Shown here: positions 63,138 to 64,000 of the stretch, one piece after another
How positions within the stretch are numbered: position 1 is the stretch's first letter
Layout: the number at the start of each line of letters is the position of its first letter
NCBI GenBank assembly: GCA_963674945.2
Contig: CAXXWQ010000004.1
Location: forward strand, 1,280,001 to 1,344,000
Source: an uncultured Desulfosarcina sp.
GTDB taxonomy: Bacteria > Desulfobacterota > Desulfobacteria > Desulfobacterales > Desulfosarcinaceae
DNA length: 64,000 nt
Reading direction: 5' to 3'
Translations under genes and position numbers: made by a program
The notes under the pieces: generated by a model
Database searches by the model: none
What the model was told of the DNA's origin: nothing
What the model saw: the letters and a program-made list of their open reading frames with translations, nothing else

Positions 63138-63494
63138 TCAACCAAGCAGATCTTTTAACCTACGGACAGAATTGAAGATTACCTCTTTTGGGTGTTCTTC
63201 GAGTCCACCCGCCAGGTTGGAAAGTTCGGAATAAGTTTTATAGATCTCCGAACCAATTGGACTTTTTAAAGGCACGGTTTCAGCATCCTCGATGGATTTC
63301 ACAGGCAACCTGTTTTCGTACTCATGTTTGTAAAACTCCCAAAGACCATCGCTTAAGGGTTTCAATAGGGGAGCCAAGCTTACGCTTTCGTCTAATCGTT
63401 CGTCAGCACAAAGGACGATTGAATATAGGCTATAGGCATAGCGTCTTATCTCATCCAAATTATCTTCAGGCGATAATAGCTTTTCAAACATCAC
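63138..63494 (-). CDS. hypothetical protein
   Basis: 118 aa; GTGA overlap with the upstream ORF, RBS GGGGGTGG. Confidence 0.6.
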   Translation of the reverse strand: MMFEKLLSPEDNLDEIRRYAYSLYSIVLCADERLDESVSLAPLLKPLSDGLWEFYKHEYENRLPVKSIEDAETVPLKSPIGSEIYKTYSELSNLAGGLEEHPKEVIFNSVRRLKDLLG

Positions 63495-63682
63495 GCCACC
63501 CCCTTTCCAACACGGATCATGAAGGCAACCGTAGAGCGATATTTCGGACTTTTCGGATCTTCGACGTTGAACAGGTATAGAATACAGCCGAGAGTCTCTG
63601 TTTCGTCCTGAGAACCGATGTATTCAAGGAAAAATGGTGCAATGTTGTGGAGCAGGGACAGGTTGAAAAGAATTTGCTGCAT
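63491..63682 (-). CDS. small protein at the icd/kil position downstream of the C4 RNA
   Basis: ATG at 63682 with a strong RBS AAGGAGG that overlaps a C4 target. Confidence 0.6.
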   Translation of the reverse strand: MQQILFNLSLLHNIAPFFLEYIGSQDETETLGCILYLFNVEDPKSPKYRSTVAFMIRVGKGVA

Positions 63683-63743
63683 GACGGAACCTCCTTGTGG
63701 TGTGTGGTGAAGGATTACCGCCATCTTTGTCTCCAAACAAAAA

Positions 63744-63820
63744 TGGCGGCGCACACACGGTTGGAGAACCGGCCCACAAGGATACCGGCGAGCCCGAAGG
63801 CTCCCGTATATGCACCGCCA
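63744..63820 (-). ncRNA. C4-type antisense RNA (P1 C4 / P4 CI-like)
   Basis: 77 nt; closing stem UGGCGGUGCAUAUACGG/CCGUGUGUGCGCCGCCA, GAGCC-UUCG-GGCUC hairpin, CCUUGUGG loop and UCUCCAA junction, each complementary to two flanking targets. Confidence 0.85.
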
Positions 63821-63935
63821 AAGTATAAACATAGTACAGAAACAGAAAAACGCCATACTATGAATTGGGCGCTTATGCACCTTGTGGAAAATCCGGTCTC
63901 CAAACCGGGCAACGGAATTTGCCGTTACAGATATA

Positions 63936-63964
63936 TTCATAGTCGATGATAGAAACCGCGTCAA
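63936..63964 (-). promoter_or_regulatory. putative sigma70 promoter of the C4 operon
   Basis: TTGACG-17 bp-TATGAA. Confidence 0.5.
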
Positions 63965-64000
63965 GGCTTTCGACATTTTTAAGGTGGGTGCTACTTCAGA

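Larger units (their letters stand above)
58223..64000 (-). mobile_element. end of a tRNA-Cys-targeting integrative element (prophage/satellite-like), continuing beyond the window
   Basis: att fragment with an adjacent integrase pointing at it, AT-rich cargo, and a C4 immunity module. Confidence 0.8.

Noticed and set aside
63491..63976. 161-aa ORF (Ash-like) spanning the C4 region
   Set aside because: The 5' part is explained by the structured RNA and its targets, and the strong RBS points to the ATG at 63682. Translation of the long frame cannot be excluded.
1..64000. CRISPR array, rRNA or riboswitch
   Set aside because: No regularly spaced direct repeats or recognisable conserved RNA motifs were seen by eye; a covariance-model scan was not possible.

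Overview
The window looks like DNA from an anaerobic deltaproteobacterium, probably Desulfobacteraceae/Desulfosarcina-like. This is inferred from gene content and repeat style and is not provable here. It has four parts. (1) 1-5.8 kb is an AT-richer mosaic with an IS5 remnant, three small genes (tRNA-binding, VOC, CGGC) carrying a fossil attC-like site, and a hydantoinase/oxoprolinase-family gene. (2) 5.9-20.5 kb is a complete minus-strand complex I operon, nuoA-BCD(fused)-E-F-G-H-I-J-K-L-M-N. (3) 20.6-58 kb is a stress and ion-homeostasis block: NarL-type two-component genes, UPF0182, an aldehyde dehydrogenase, DegP, FtsH, an APC permease, CorA, a decayed ZraSR/ZraP/CopA module, a DnaJ-domain protein, three Hsp20 genes, an SLC13 permease, Nramp-Usp, a P-type H+-ATPase, Usp, an acyltransferase and a CFI-box protein, with many internal deletions and nonsense lesions. 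(4) 58.2-64 kb is the end of an integrative element at a tRNA-Cys 3' att duplication, whose phage-type tyrosine integrase is split by an IS1380-family element. The most striking signals lie in this element. One is a two-cassette integron-type array (two canonical attC sites with matching R boxes, an attI-like site and a Pc-like promoter, but no intI) carrying an HNH nuclease. The other is a complete P1/P4-like C4 antisense-RNA immunity switch with both target pairs.
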